Position numbers and translations under genes: made by a program
Assembly (NCBI GenBank): GCA_002633005.1
Contig: NMRA01000070.1
Span: 811,055-875,054, forward strand
Direction of reading: 5' to 3'
DNA: 64,000 bases
DNA from: Phoronis australis
Lineage: Eukaryota > Animalia > Phoronida
The notes under the pieces: generated by a model
The model's database searches: none
Told to the model about the DNA's origin: nothing
The model's input: only the letters and a program-made list of their open reading frames with translations
In this document: positions 1 to 13,921 of the stretch, one piece after another
Layout of the letters: each line of letters starts with the position of its first letter
Numbering within the stretch: the stretch's first letter is position 1

Positions 1-509
1 CAATGCAATCAATAATTTAAGAACTGCTAATTTTTGTACACCCTTTAATGGTTACTAAATAGACACAAGTACAATGCATGGGAGCCCACCATAGGGGGCT
101 GGGGGGCTATAGCCTCCCACTTTTTTCACTTGTGCTGCCACGCCCATGGTCTCTAAGCGGTGCACCACAGTGGGGCAGGTGGGGCTTTAGCTCTCCACTT
201 TCTTCAGTGCACCAACCTGTCATCTGGTACGCAGATACATGGCCACTTGGCGAAGTTGGCTGGGTACAGCCCACGTGATTACGTAAAGCGCTTCAATGGA
301 TTCCGAACCAATTTTGAAATTATTAGCAACTCTATTATTATTTGATTTTGTAGTACCAGTAACAACAACAACAACTCTGTTGCTATTGTTGTTCATCTAT
401 ATCCTATGCGTAACGGATATGCTGAGGCTGGACCTTTTCCGCGGTGAGGGGGTTCCATCGAACCCCCCGAACCNACCCCCCCCCCCCGGCTACTGGCCTG
501 CTTAGTCGC

Positions 510-690
510 GGATTCTCCTTCACAGTGGGAAATATATGGGACGTGATGTCCTTGTTCATCCATTGATATTTCAAAAGGTTTGCCTTTTTCCGTATTTCAT
601 TAATATAACCTACCGCACAGCAGTGAAAATTTTCCTGCATTATGATAATAGGATAGGCGTTAAAACACTGTTTATGTCAGTAGGTTGAAA
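510..690. repeat. Dispersed repeat, copy 1 (homolog at ~40665-40835)
   Basis: cagtgggaaatatatgggacgtgatgtcc...attatgataataggataggcgttaaaacactg...cagtaggttgaaa matches cagtgggaaatgtatgggacatgacgtcc...attatgatagcaggaaaggtgttagaacactg...cagtagattgaaa near 40674-40833. Confidence 0.7.
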
Positions 691-705
691 TCTCCTTTGG
701 CAACA

Positions 706-1369
706 TTACAGGCACAAGGGATCTATAGGTGGCGCTGAACGCTTGTCCACCAAATAGCTAGCGCAGTCTGGCGGGATAGTGAATTTCAATATGAGACGGG
801 TATTTCGAAATTCAGCATTTGCAATAACGCACGAATCAAGGCTGCATTCCATATACCTAAAACAATCACGAGAAAAGCTATTGTGGTTACTTGTTCCGGT
901 CGTAATTCGTGTGACGGTCTCGTGGTCACTTGCTCCGGTAATAATTCGTGTGGGGATCTCGTTCCCATATTCAACGTGCAATGCAGTAGGGTGAGGGACG
1001 AAAGAAGGCGATATCTCTCGAACACAATCTCGATTTTCTCGCAAAAAATACTCTAAGGAACGCAACCCGAACTGTGATATTTTTATTTATCAGAGGAGTT
1101 TCCAATATCGTTTGCGATACAGAGTGGTGGTTTTGGAACTGTGTCTTACTCAGTGTACGTGAATATGATATTAGGGATTGCATCGAGTTGGTGCTCGCAT
1201 TGCATCACGACTGATGGGCCATGGATTTGCGGCGCTTGTCAAGTATAGAACATGAGCGCGGACTTGGGTATTTGTTTGGCTATCTTATTGTCCAGGGGTC
1301 AGGTGAAATCGGGGATCGTAGGTGATATTTCAAGTATAGAGACGTGACCAACTGAAACGTTTACACCAC
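706..1369 (-). pseudogene. Degenerate exon with HYR-domain-like repeats (probable pseudo-exon)
   Basis: A minus-strand acceptor (tttttctttcacag) at ~1370 is followed by ...ISPTIPDFT*PLDNK...FYT*QAP...CIANDIGN. Stops fall where HYR domains have Cys (TCP) and Trp (TWxxP). A second unit-like start (SPSFVPHPTALHVEYG) lies in ORF 706-1065. There are several stops and a frame change. Confidence 0.3.
883..952. repeat. 39-bp tandem duplication (~1.8 copies)
   Basis: gtggttacttgttccggtcgtaattcgtgtgacggtctc is followed by gtggtcacttgctccggtaataattcgtgtg. Confidence 0.75.
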
Positions 1370-4026
1370 CTGTGAAAGAAAAATGAATTATAACTCGGCC
1401 AGGCCCCAGCCATTTTCGACTGAGCCAAAAATTCACCAAATGGTTCACACATACATGTATAACTGCACGGCTTTAGCTAATTTGTGCTTCGAGGCGCCGA
1501 CAGGTGTCCTTCGTCATGTCCATGCACTTGTTTTTAAAAGGAACGTTCTAGTGATGTTCATCTAACATTTTCAATCAATATGTAAATCAAAGTCTATTTT
1601 AGCGAAGAAATCAACCCTTTCCACGTGCTCTTAAATATGCTCCCTGTTTTGTCTCCAAGTTTTTGCACATTCACTTAGTGGCTGTACTTCGGGAGCAAGT
1701 TTCCGGATGTACAGAATAGATTAAACGCACGCCACTTTTCATTGACAGTCTTTATTCCGTTACGTTCATACCTTCGGAACAAAACCGTACTCTCAACTGA
1801 ACATAGATAAAGTAACTGACCGAGCGACATTCATGTAGGCCTAGAATGCTCGGCGACATAATAGGCACGAACGTGCATGTCAATGCATGCACGGGTATAA
1901 ACACGACGCTGATTTTAACAGGCTCAATTAAATTGATTACTGAAACATTAGGTGCTCGGCGGAAATGAGATCAGTGAAAATCCTATCATTTAGCTCTGTA
2001 TAACTAAAACGACACTGTGACCGAAAGAAACGTATTGGTAAAGCCCGGGCTAGGATCAGTACACATGTATCTTTGGGCAAGGCGTAGAATCCATATCACA
2101 GCTTCTTAATTCTACCTTTACGGGTTAATTCCAAGCATGTTATCTCTTGAAATTAAAATCGAAGTGGAGATGTTCTATACCCGGGTCTCATGGGCTTATC
2201 ACCTGAAGATTGCTTATCGGGTTTGTATTGACTCACCAGAATACCTAGTATCTCATAAAGAGTACCGTACATTCACTTTATCTCTATTTGTAACGGAATG
2301 TTGCTCTGTTAAGACGAAGATTTAGTCTGATAACGTAGCAGTTCAATAAATATTGTTTGCGTTTTGGGGTGACGCCTCTCTGTCGCCTGGTTCCCCCTAC
2401 TGCAATATTGAGACTTCAATATTATAAATCAGCCGTCGCTTGCGCAACGTTGCATGATTGCGGTGATGTTGAAAAGTTTATTTGTGTTAAAAAGGTTATT
2501 TTTGTAATTCCATTGCGTATTGCCTCAACCAACTACACATGTACGCAGATACCGGCCGCGGTATTTTGAAAACCCAGAATTATTTCAGGAAAACCTATAC
2601 AGGATTATTTGCACAAACGAACGTCGTGTCCCCAAAGGATTCATGACTACCGAAAAGTTATGTCGCACCTATTGGCAGACAGTGATACTACACAGTCAGA
2701 GTAGTATAACGCGTGCACCAGCAACAGTGATTTTACATCAAGAAACCACAAACGCTACGAATGTTTTTTCACGGTATTAATCGAGCAAAATTGGGTGGAA
2801 CTCAAATTTCCGTCATATGCGTGCTCTAATGCAAAATTGTTTGGAAAATACACGGGATTTTTTTCCACCCTGAATTTTCACGTGCAACGACACCAATGTC
2901 TTCCGAACAGAGTGCGGACCAAATGACTTTGAAGCAAGTTATCTCACTTCTTTGAACAACTAGCACTGGGAAAAATTTTATTATTCTTATTATTCAACGT
3001 ATTGTCCAATAATACATGTTTTGAGCATGCTAAAAGTTCAACTTTAATGTGTCTAGTAATCTGTGGAAACACGAATGTCAGCATGTACAGAGTGTATAAT
3101 TATGGTAACAGGAATCTAATTGCAAAGACACTTTACATCGTTTCTATACTGGCGTAATAAATGCCCCACACCCGATGGTCCAAAGAACACCTGACTACTT
3201 TCACATGTACAGGTGAGTCGTTTTTGTAAAAGTTGTGGCCCTTAAGGGGCTTAGTGTCGTAAGATAATTACACAGTCGACTGCAGATCATGATAACGGAG
3301 TACCATAAATGTATGTGATAAAAGCCTCATCACCGATCCGACATAGGCTTTCATTGGCTAAACATTGTCCGCTATTCAGCGAGATATATATTTAGCTCAA
3401 AGGTTTGTGTGTTGATAGACTAGTAAATGTTGTGATTGAGAAGATATTGAGAATACATTCTCTGATGTTGAATAGCCAGGAGGTGGTTTAAAAACGACGC
3501 AAAGGTCAACAAAGATCGGTTTTGAGAGGAGTTCTCGCTTGCAAAAACAACTGGGAGGTTCGACAAACATACTTTGATAATCAACGTTGTTCCAGTCGTG
3601 TTCATCCGAAAAAAGTCGACAGAATCCGTGTATAGAAAGCTCTGTTAGATTGCGTAGTAACAAAACAAACACGTTTATTCTGATTAAACACGAGCACAAA
3701 GGGTCTTCAATACGGCTTTGGAACGTTGATTGGGGATTCGTGGACATAAATGTGTATTTACTTTTATCATTAGTTTACCCTTCTCGCTTTCCAGATTAGT
3801 GAGGGTATCACTGTGATTGTTGTCGACTTTTTGGAACAAGTCGTTGTCGTGCGTGTACGTGTTGTTAACGACTTTCAGGCTATTACGGGTATTATTTCTA
3901 CGATGGTTACGAGACATGCAATGGAAAACTTTTGGCATGAACTGAATTAACTAACTGCGTTCATCGGCGTTTCTGACTTTCTTCTCGTAGACGTCAATTT
4001 ATGTCAGCACATGTGCAATAGATAAT

Positions 4027-7000
4027 ATGGCAGAATCTGACGTAAACATACACAAACGACGGAAGTTGCTCTTTGATGACGAGACAATGAGCTTTCGTTT
4101 CGAGTCTAGTTCGAAGACCATCGAGAGAATGGGCGAGCAGAAAACAAAAGAAGCGTTGGCCAAAAACAGAGGAGAAGAGAGGCTTCTAGAAACGACCAAA
4201 CGACAGGTAAAGGCTATGTGCTCCGACTGTACTTGTATTTTAGTATGTGTGAGGCCGCAGTGCCTGAGAGGAATCTGACGCCGGGAAATGATAACTTGCA
4301 ATGTTTCGCTGGGAAGGACCATCATTCTGTTTTGGTTCCCTTAACTTTTCATGTATTCATAAATGTATGTGTTCTTCACCTTTGCTCTCGTACATCATGA
4401 TGTAGGTAGTCCTCTGTGCCAGGTTGCATGAAACATTGCCAAATACAGACTCAACTAAGTACCTTAAATCTTTTGCGTATTTGTTTCATTCTTTACACAC
4501 ATATCTAGTGTTTTTCTATCTGAACTTCTATTTGACTTATGTAAAACCGAGTTGTTAAATCAGCCGAAATAACTGAGGGACTTAGTTTCATGAAAAGATC
4601 CCTGCTTAATTATTTTCAGTAATATTGAGAATTCAACGTAGACTTCATTCGCGATTTGTATCAAAAGTTAAAAATTGACTTAATTATGAGACTCAAACAA
4701 CAGGAAAAGGGACAGGCAAGGTTTTCTAAAGCTTAAAAATACGTAGTATATTTAGGAAACTTGGCTGAGTCCCTATTTGGAACTGTTTCCTGCAACCGGA
4801 AACTGGTTCTCATTATCCTGAAATACCTTTTCAACATTTCATTAAAATTATGCTGATTTTTACGCCGGTGGTGGTATGGAAATATTCCTTGATGCCACGT
4901 GGTCCGATCAGAAACTTGGAGCGGGGTGGAACTGTGCGTACGGCATTCACATCACTTCATTTTGTATTGCGACCAAAACACGCCACTAACTCGTCTTAAA
5001 GTTTAAGAAAACGAACCGCAGGAAACTAACATTAAAAACGCTAATCTGTTCTGAATACCTGAAGTCCCTACACTTTACAGTTGCTAGACGCGAGTTGAAG
5101 CGACAAAATTTTAACTAGTACTGAATGTTGTGTATACTATACATTGATATGAATCCTGGTCTTTGATTTGGTTACAAAAAATACCAAAAGCTACGTGTCC
5201 TTTCATCCTCGAACGGTAATCGCATATCGAATTTTTCTGGGAACGTCGATTAAATATTCCATGATTAGAGAATGCAAGGACAGACGGCTTTGGGATTTTT
5301 TTCACAGTCGGACCAAAGATCATGATTCGTGTCTCTGCTGTATTATTCGCAAACTCAGGTTCAGTATCTTTAACAGTTTACGTTTACACCAGTTATCAGC
5401 GTATATCAGACACAATGCGATTTTGTTCCTTGTTTCTTTCTCAATTTCACCTTTAATCAATGTGTAGACTATTGAAAATCTACTTCACAACAAGAATACG
5501 GAATTGCATTGAGAGAAAGGCTTCTTCAGTGCGTAGATGATAAAACCTCGAACTACTTGGTCCTAAATGAACGCTAAGATAAGAACCCACTAAAATCACG
5601 GATCCTTGACGGCAAACACCTGTCGTGTATTCCGCGCTGAATCAAGCACGAGAGTTTTGTTGTATGCGTTTAGCACCCGTGCTTTTTGAGTGCATAAGCC
5701 TGTTTTGTGAGAACGGTGCAATGTTTTCCGGACTTGTGTGAGCCGTGTTCATGAGTGCGTACCCACCTGTATGTTCACCGATGAGTGCGTAGCTATCTCA
5801 GTGTATGTTCATGAGTGCGCAGGTAATGTTGTCTGGATAGCCTTACTGTTATACCGGACAAAACATGCAAATAATCGACCATTCCGGGTCATTCTGGTGG
5901 AAATTGCTTTGCAGTGAAATTCATCGATTGAATGTACTGTTTGGCTTAGACGTCAGTGTGGAACTAGTTTATTTTTTCATGTTTAGACAATGTCAGTTGT
6001 AGTGTAATGGTAAGGGGAAAAAGTGGAATTTAACTGTTCTTTCATCCAAATTGTTTCTGTCGCCTTCCGTGTTTGTACATATGTACCCCAACGGAGAAAA
6101 AAGGACAATTCATCTAAAGCACGTTCTCAGTAATACCTCAAAATTAACACTAAATATGTTCTAGTGGTACACTGATATGGTTGGCATTTACTAATTGGCT
6201 ATGATAGAGTAAAGACTTTTTTGAAAGGCCATAACAGGATAAATTTGCCGTCGAATATGTTTGTGTAAGATTGACTTCTTGAAGTTATTAGCTTTGACGG
6301 CAGCTTTAAAACAGCAACATCAAATTCGAGACAAATACTGCATCAGCTGTTTGTTGCTGGGCGCCATCATGAAAATGGACGACGCTGGCGGTGTTACGCT
6401 AATCTAAGCCGGCGCAAAAAGTCAAAGGTAATCTCCTGCTTGTTTGTTAGATAAAGACGCTACAAGCAGTACATTGGAGGAGTAACGTCTCTAGAATAAA
6501 CCTTTGTGAATGAAAACGAGTTCTGAATTGCCGTGCGAGATGAGAAACGCCGAGCTTCGGTTGACACTAGTCAGCGTCAACATTGTTTTTTTAAAAATCT
6601 GGCCTTTTTTCTAGAATTTGACTAATTAAGCTATTGAATCCTGGCTCAAGTTTCAAAAATGTCCAACGATCTTTATTGCAAGTTGGCGGTATAGTTACAC
6701 AAAGCTTGCTTTCATGAAGCCAGATCCGATTATAAAATTCGATAACCCGATGATTATAACTCAGCCTACCATGCAGTGTTGCTTAGGGGTAACTATTGCT
6801 AGAGAACCGTGTTGTTGGACCTCGAGATCGAACTGTATATTAATACTGTAATTAATGTACACATTGGGCGACTAGGGCGGTAACTGCAGGTCACGTGGTT
6901 CAACAACCAGGAAAGGTTCACTGACCTTGCAGATTTTTTCGAAAATGTAAGCAAAAGGAAAGCATATTCAAGTAAATGTGACGTATTTTTGATATTGTCT

Positions 7001-9133
7001 ATGATAAATCCGTGTAGTGTTCTATTTTGCACATTTTATTCATTCTTCATTGTCGCCGGTTAAACGTTAGAGTTTACTAAATACAGCACAGTGATTCAAC
7101 CCATTGGCGGCTATAGTCTCTCCTATCTTAGCCACCTCCATGCCTTTTTCAGATATATGACAGAGATCTTTCAGAATATAAACACTTTGTTCAAGTGGAT
7201 CGTTTCTTGTTTAAAACTTCTTTGAAGATGTTTTGACGCCTAAGTCAGAGTGCCAGCAGCGTATCAGCACAACCTAGAATTACGCTCGTATATTATATCG
7301 GAGTGGAGCACATTTGTTCAGTCGGGTAGACGGTTGTTTCCCGAATTTTGCGTCTCTGTGAAAATGCAAGGTCTAGAAAAATAGGCGGACCATTTGACAC
7401 TTTGTTTTCCTGGGTTGTGTCAAATAGCTGGGCTGATGAGACCCAAGTCTGTTCGCTGGACCCGCTTCCTGTGCCTATGCCCCCGTATGGTCTATGCAAG
7501 CGTTTTTGCTGCTGTTGTTTGTCGCCGATATCGATCGGGAGACGGGAGTATGATTAGAAGCAAGGGAAGGTGTATCATGAACCTGGGGCTCGTTTTACGA
7601 AACTATCCTTATAATTAAACCAAAGTATAGCCACTATAAACTTCCTTCCATCAAACAAACAGGCCTGTCACTTGATGCGCCGATAATGGCATCAAGAAAT
7701 GAATGAACTGCCAGTTCTTTGCAAGCCCATTATGTGAGTGAGGGACAGGCCGAGACCAAATTGTCAACGGTGAGCGGTCTAAATCGAAAATTTTCTTGTA
7801 GGACGGAACGCACAGTGAGTTTATAGCCGCTTTATAAGTCGTTATTGTTCAGCCTGACGGTTTAGTACAAGAGAATTACTGAACCATAATGTAAAATAAA
7901 ACTTGGTGGCATTGCTGTGACAAAGTTTGGGCGGGTGAGGTGCAGCCCAGGCTCTACTCTGCGAACTTAAACTCGAGTCATGACGCTGGTTGGAAAGTGT
8001 CTCCCATAACTTTAGGCAGGTAAACTACAAGCATAATAAGGGTGACACTTCTTCCCGAACAGCCCAGCCTAGTAAAAACACTTTTCACGCCTGCGTAGCA
8101 CTTAAAAGCATGAATTATGAGTATACATCACGAGAAAAATTTTCGAGAGTAAATGACGAGAGTCAGCTACGAGCGTAAATTCATTAGCGTGTTAGTTATG
8201 AGCATCGTTCTTCGCTCGTCGTTTATACGTGCGTACATTTACAAGTGTAGGGCCTATATCTACGGGTGTAGTAAAACTTTTTTAGATGTCACATGACCTG
8301 TCACCTGCTCATTGGACATAACGATTACGCACACAAAACAAGGTTGTGGAAATTGCGTTTACGCCGTACATGTACATGTAATTCACGAGCGTGAGTTAGA
8401 CTTTCTACTCAGCGTCCAGCGATACGCTACATGAGTAAATATCCAGAGTTTGTTTGAAACGTGCCGTGAGACGAGTTTCAAGTATGCATGTTGAGCTTAA
8501 ACGCGACCCGGACACTGGTTCGCCATTTCTGAGCTTTTAACAATTTTGTAGTCAACCCAAACGATATGAAAATTAATTTGTCAAATTCCATTTCAGTCCG
8601 AATACCAAGCTCGATGGTACGACAGAAAGACGTCGAAGGAAATGGGTGGCATTCGCGATTCTTTGAAAGAAAAGACAGCTCACAAAGAAATTCTTGATGA
8701 AGTCGCACGCCAGTATGCACATGACGAGAACAACAACGGATCGTTTGGCAAGTACGGACCTAATGCATCTAAAACGGAACTACTTCCGCGTATCGAAACG
8801 GCTCTAAAGCAAATGGAGCCGTCGTATAAAAGGCAAAGGCAAGCCGAGAATTTGTTAGACCAGAGGAAAAAAATCGAGCAAATGGACAGAAAATTATCAA
8901 CGTCGGCTATGATGACTAGAAGTAAAAAGAAAAATATAGAGCTTCCTGAAATTGAAAGGCGGGAAACCTCTGACGACAGAAAAAGGGCAACGAAGCTGGT
9001 TTTACCACCTATCGTGGTTAAAAAGTCGAAAACAAAAATGAGTACGCCATCTAGTGTCACACGAGAGATGACAAGAATGGACCCTTTGCCATCTGTTTTT
9101 GTGACTCAAGTTGTGTCCGAAAATCAACGCTGA
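4027..9133 (+). CDS. Uncharacterized charged/coiled-coil protein, ~238 aa, 2 coding exons (4027-4206, 8597-9133)
   Basis: Exon 1 MAESDVN...EERLLETTKRQ ends at a phase-0 donor (cag|gtaaag, 4206). The acceptor tttcag|tcc at 8597 is phase 0 and in frame with the 163-aa ORF 8642-9133. The joined protein reads ...KNRGEERLLETTKRQ/SEYQARWYDRKTSKEMGGIRDSLKEK.... It contains LPRI, LPEI and LPPI motifs and a C-terminal FVTQ. An intermediate exon cannot be excluded. Confidence 0.6.
5745..5822. repeat. Short imperfect tandem repeat (tgttcatgagtgcg-like, ~3 units)
   Basis: gtgttcatgagtgcgta / atgttcaccgatgagtgcgta / atgttcatgagtgcgca. Confidence 0.6.
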
Positions 9134-11379
9134 ATCTTTAAAGGATGTGCTCAAACAAATTAATTTATTTGCAATGTACAGTTTGTGTAATTTATATAAA
9201 AATATTTCGAAATTAAATATATCTTACAATGAAGAGAGTTATAAGTCAAAGCATGTCAAGCTCAGGTAGCATTTGGACAAACTATACGACGACAAACACG
9301 GCTACTGGGAGCCAGCAGAATATGTGCCTATACTCAAATAATCCGAGAAGCCATTCCTCACTCAGTTCCTAAAAATATACTTCATAATACACATGCAAAT
9401 TCACCCTCACCTTCCTTGAGATTTTTGTCAAAGGGAATTTAGAAGCCTTCAAGTCGGTTTTCAAGGGAGAACCCCCACTACTTGTGAGGGAAGCTTGATG
9501 TAAAAAACGGCGGGCTAGTAATACCATGATTGAGTCAAAGGCATTACCAGGTAATTTGGCTTCTCGTTGGCTTGTTTCTCATGCTGTGACCTAACAGCAC
9601 GTAAAACTGTATTCATAATTAAGACTAGCGAAACAGTTATACTCTTATGCGTCTTTAAAATGAAATAAAAAGGAACGTGATGGCACTGTTGAAGCAGGCT
9701 GTGCTTGTGCTAAACACAGGTAGACATATTACTATCACTTATTTATGGCAGAGGCAATTAGCTTGCGTGAAGCCGTATGATGGAGACGGTCACGAAGTAA
9801 TCAGTGTTTTACCCACGTGCAACGAGAGAATATGGATTTTTAATTTGAATGTGTCAGTGCGGCTGTTGGAGTTGCATGCAGCAGAAGGATGCCATTTGAC
9901 TGAGATGGTATTCTCAGGTCAGGTGGTCGCTCAAGAGCCATTGATTCTGTTTGTTTACATCAGTTCAGCTTGGGCACGCGCAAAAACGTTCACCCAGAAA
10001 CTCCTGGGGGTAGAGTTCATTAAATCTAAGACATCTGTGGAAAAGTAAGACTTCGCAAGAGTACGCGAAAGTACGCGAGGTTTTCCTTGCCGCCAGACAG
10101 CAACTGAAATCTAACTTAGACTGCGTTCCGTAGACCGAAAGACACGTGTGGCCCCAAAACCTGTCTTGTCTCGTGCCGGACTCATCTGACGGGAGTAATC
10201 AATCACGAAGAAAATGTCTTCTTCAACCAAAACATTAGAATAGAATTGACGTCTGACAGACGAGCAACGAATCAAAGCTTTATTTTGGTAAACTACAGTC
10301 CATTATACTAGCATGGCACACCGTGTACTATTTTTCACTTGTTTCCAAAATCAGTAGAGGTATTTGCCGACGTTAGTAGATTTTTTCAAAAAATCGGCAT
10401 TCACATATTATATAAAATCATATCTATACACTGCATTACTACTCGTATCATTTGAAAGCAAGACATATGTCCCAACTACTGCGAGTTCATTGGTACATTT
10501 TCAATCGACTTCAAATACACGCATGTACAAGTATGGGGCATCTTCAGCGATTATTTTTCAAGACTTTTCATTAACGACTCTTTTCTTAATCTAAACTTTT
10601 ACAAATTTGAACATCGATATCTCTTTTTGTGCGTGTGTCGAATCGTATAAGTGAATTTTGCACACTAAAAACTGCGTTTCGCCTTCTTTTAGCTGTCAAC
10701 GTTGAATTCCTAATCAGATAAGAAAGCGTTTATAGGTTTAAAAACATTACCGAACATATTGCCGAATGACCATCAACGGAAGCCACAGGCAACACCCACG
10801 TGCGCCATTTTCGAACCCGAAGTTTTAAAATTGGCCAACCACAATATTAACTCTGAATCTCAGTTTTTCAGTCGCTGATGGCTTTGATATTCTTCAGATG
10901 TTGCTAACGGAAATAGAACCCTCATTAGGCGCTACATCTAATTTCCCATCCGACAATATTGAATACTTCTCATCGGTTGGCATATGAATAGCCAGTATTA
11001 ATAGCACCTGTACTTTCATGACTAGCTTCTTTGGTTTGGGTATAAGGGAACAGAGAAGGATGCCAGTGACAGTACTGCGTACACCTAAACAAAGAATACA
11101 CGCAGTGACGGGTATTTTTGAAATACATGTACACCCTGTATAGTCTATAAACACACAACGGGATAAAAGACAAATCAACTCCGTTGCGGAAGGATAAAAC
11201 ACTCGGCAGTGCAACTGCTGCTCCATTATTGAGGAGGCCCAATTTTCCCTCTTTTTAATTAAGATTGTTAGGCCATAAAAGCCTGACAAGACCTGTGTAC
11301 ACAACAAAGCAACAGAGGGTTAACTGAGTACGATATAAATACATGTATCATGAAACGGATTTTATGACGAGTGAAAGGC

Positions 11380-11781
11380 ATATTAATAAATCCGAAACCA
11401 AAAAGAGGCGATCCAGAACCTCTAAAGGATACACTTGTGTGTCGAATAGTAGAATAAATATACGTAAATAAAACAACAAAAATAAATCACTGAAATTTTC
11501 GGATATGATAACATCCTTCGTCAAAAGTAAAATCAAACACTGTATGACGAACGACATCTGATAGATGGCGTAATGAGCATGATACTTTGTTGCTGAAAAA
11601 GTAAAGGATATAATTTAAGAAGTCTTTATGTTCAATCCATTAGGTTCAACTGTGTTAAGCTTATTTATCCAAAATTGTTCTCTTTTGAGGCTGTGAGGGG
11701 TATTGGAGTTTCTCTATTATTTGTACAGAAAGATCTTGTAGATTATGTTAAAGTTTGGATTGAAATGATTACCTATAGACC
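11380..11781 (-). mobile_element. Penelope-like retroelement 3' remnant (GIY-YIG C-terminus plus pLTR-like segment)
   Basis: With two frameshifts the minus strand reads SIGNHFN / HNLQDLSVQIIEKL / LKREQFWINKLNTVEPNGLNIK, the typical end of a Penelope GIY-YIG endonuclease. The downstream segment 11390-11530 recurs at ~59320-59460 and contains a degenerate hammerhead-like core. Confidence 0.75.
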
Positions 11782-13216
11782 TAATTCACGCGGCGGACAT
11801 TGAAATCAAAAGCGAGGCTCACTGCGATAAACAAAGCGAAAGTTGCATTACCTGAGTTAAATGGCCGGTCTTTCGAGTCCAACCTGGATATTAAAATTTA
11901 AAAATGTGTCGATAATAAACCCCAGAGACGTAGAAAAATACATTAGAGAACAAGTTAATGCATCAAGGAGTTGTCTGACGAAAGGGTATAATTTTTTTTG
12001 GAAAACTATGTTCGAAACATGAAAAGTAAATATGACCAAACTGCGGCGATCGTAGTGTTACGGATTAGGTATAAATGCTGAATGCAGGGTTACGTATCTT
12101 CTTGTAATTAAATTGTTGATAAAAATGCTTTTTACGCGAACCAGGTGATCTGCTCGTATTGTTGACGAGTTGAACTGAGATATATTCGACAGTGGTGGCT
12201 CATCGCATTTTGCTGTCATGTGCAAGTAGTTACACCTGGTTTAATTTGTTGATCAAGAATATTAACATCAGGCATAGCCTGATCCTGGTGAGGTAGGGAC
12301 TTTTGCTGGACTAACAGTTGATTTGTCATTGATCTGATAGAATAATTGATGTTATTAAATATATTTTAATTAAAATTAAAACAGGCTCGTAATTGAAAAT
12401 AAAAATTATTTGACCATCAATTCTGCTTTCTTGGTTTTAATAGTTCTTACGCCTATTTCATGTATCAGGTTTCAAATATGAATCTGGACCAAGTTGAATC
12501 TTAAAATTAAATCACCTAATTCGTTCGTCCAAAGCATAACCTCGTTTTAGAACTCGATTTAGTTAACTGGACAGAGCAATAATAGTTATCGTGTTTCCAT
12601 GAGCCTCGCTCATCCGAGGTCGGAGAACTGAGGGTCCTGTGCCTTCTGAGAGGAGATTTTTTTCGCTGAAAGAGGGGAAAACTCTACCTCTTGATCACCA
12701 TCAATAGCACACCCGCCGATNTTTATAAATTTAAAAAATTAATAGTAAAATAACGAGAGTATGTACATGGCTGTAATTTACGAAAAGAGTTAATTTTAGT
12801 GATATCTTTCGATTGGCAAAGCTCAATTTGTGATCTAAGCAGGCGAAAGTAAAGGAAATAGTGACTTTAATCTATGATTGCGAAACATGATACATTAAAA
12901 CAAATGAGTGATACAGTTTTAAAAGACTTTGATTGAATAATTTAATGCATAACTTTCAAAATTCATTTTCAAATTTGTAAGTTTTGATTTTGTGTGGCAA
13001 AAACGGCTATTTTGCAGGTTTTTCACTGAAGCCCTTTTTGGCCAAATTTGGCACTCTGTAGCAGCCATATTGAACCTTTTCAAAAATGACCTTCTAATAA
13101 TTTGTTTAGTCATTCCTTTCCTCTTCATAATCTAAAATAAAAAATCTTCCCTCTCCCGTAGTTTTGCTTACGAAGCATTACACCAACTGCACTTCGTCCT
13201 GTTTGCCTGTTCTCAG

Positions 13217-13289
13217 CTCGCTGATTCCCTGCGTGCCGCTAGGTGGTCAGTAGCGAGCGTGCTGGCTTGGCACGCAGGGAACCAGCGAG
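13217..13289. mobile_element. 73-bp micro-MITE with 21-bp TIRs and 9-bp TSD (tgttctcag)
   Basis: ctcgctgattccctgcgtgcc...ggcacgcagggaaccagcgag are inverted ends. Direct repeat tgttctcag lies at 13208-13216 and 13290-13298. A second family member is at 17496-17575. Confidence 0.85.
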
Positions 13290-13921
13290 TGTTCTCAGTT
13301 GCCTCAATCATCAATAGGGGGCCTCTTGAAACGTGTAATTAGCTTGCAAAAACGACGCAAAAAGCTTAATGTATTTTAGAAAAAAACAGACAGCACTACT
13401 ACTGAATTAACATTCTCTCAAAACGACACTGATGATAATTGCTTATTACAAAAATTATGTACCGTATATAAATTGTGAGTGGCATGCGTGCTTCGTCTAA
13501 ATGATAGATGACATCGCTGTTTGTTTACATGGAGACTGTAAACGCGACTACCAGCCGAATGTGTCTTACTCGTGTTTTATCTTCGTTGTAAGAGCCAGTG
13601 ACACAGGTAGGGAGGCACGTAAGGGAGTTGTGGCCCTCTGTTCAGTGCAAAAAAACCATCTTCAACTCGGTCAAAACTCATTGTAAATTTGCGTTCATAT
13701 TGTTATATCCCCACACGTTGCTACGAGTATCCAGACCAGTGGTCGGCCACCCCAACTGAAAGTGCGATAATTAACGGTATGGAAAGGCATACATTCAAGG
13801 TCAAGAGAAAACAATTGATGAAAGACAATTTTATTAATGACTCAGTTCATGACAGAGATTAGGTAAACACAATTCAACACAACGACCTGGACTTCATAGC
13901 AAACATACCTAGTGACTCATT

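Noticed and set aside
8680-9060. 126-aa hydrophobic ORF on the minus strand (similarly 3999-4325)
   Set aside because: It is the antisense shadow of the Lys/Glu-rich plus-strand exons.
11974-12022. Hammerhead ribozyme (ctgacga...cgaaac)
   Set aside because: Stem II does not pair, and no UH cleavage site with stem I or III can be formed.
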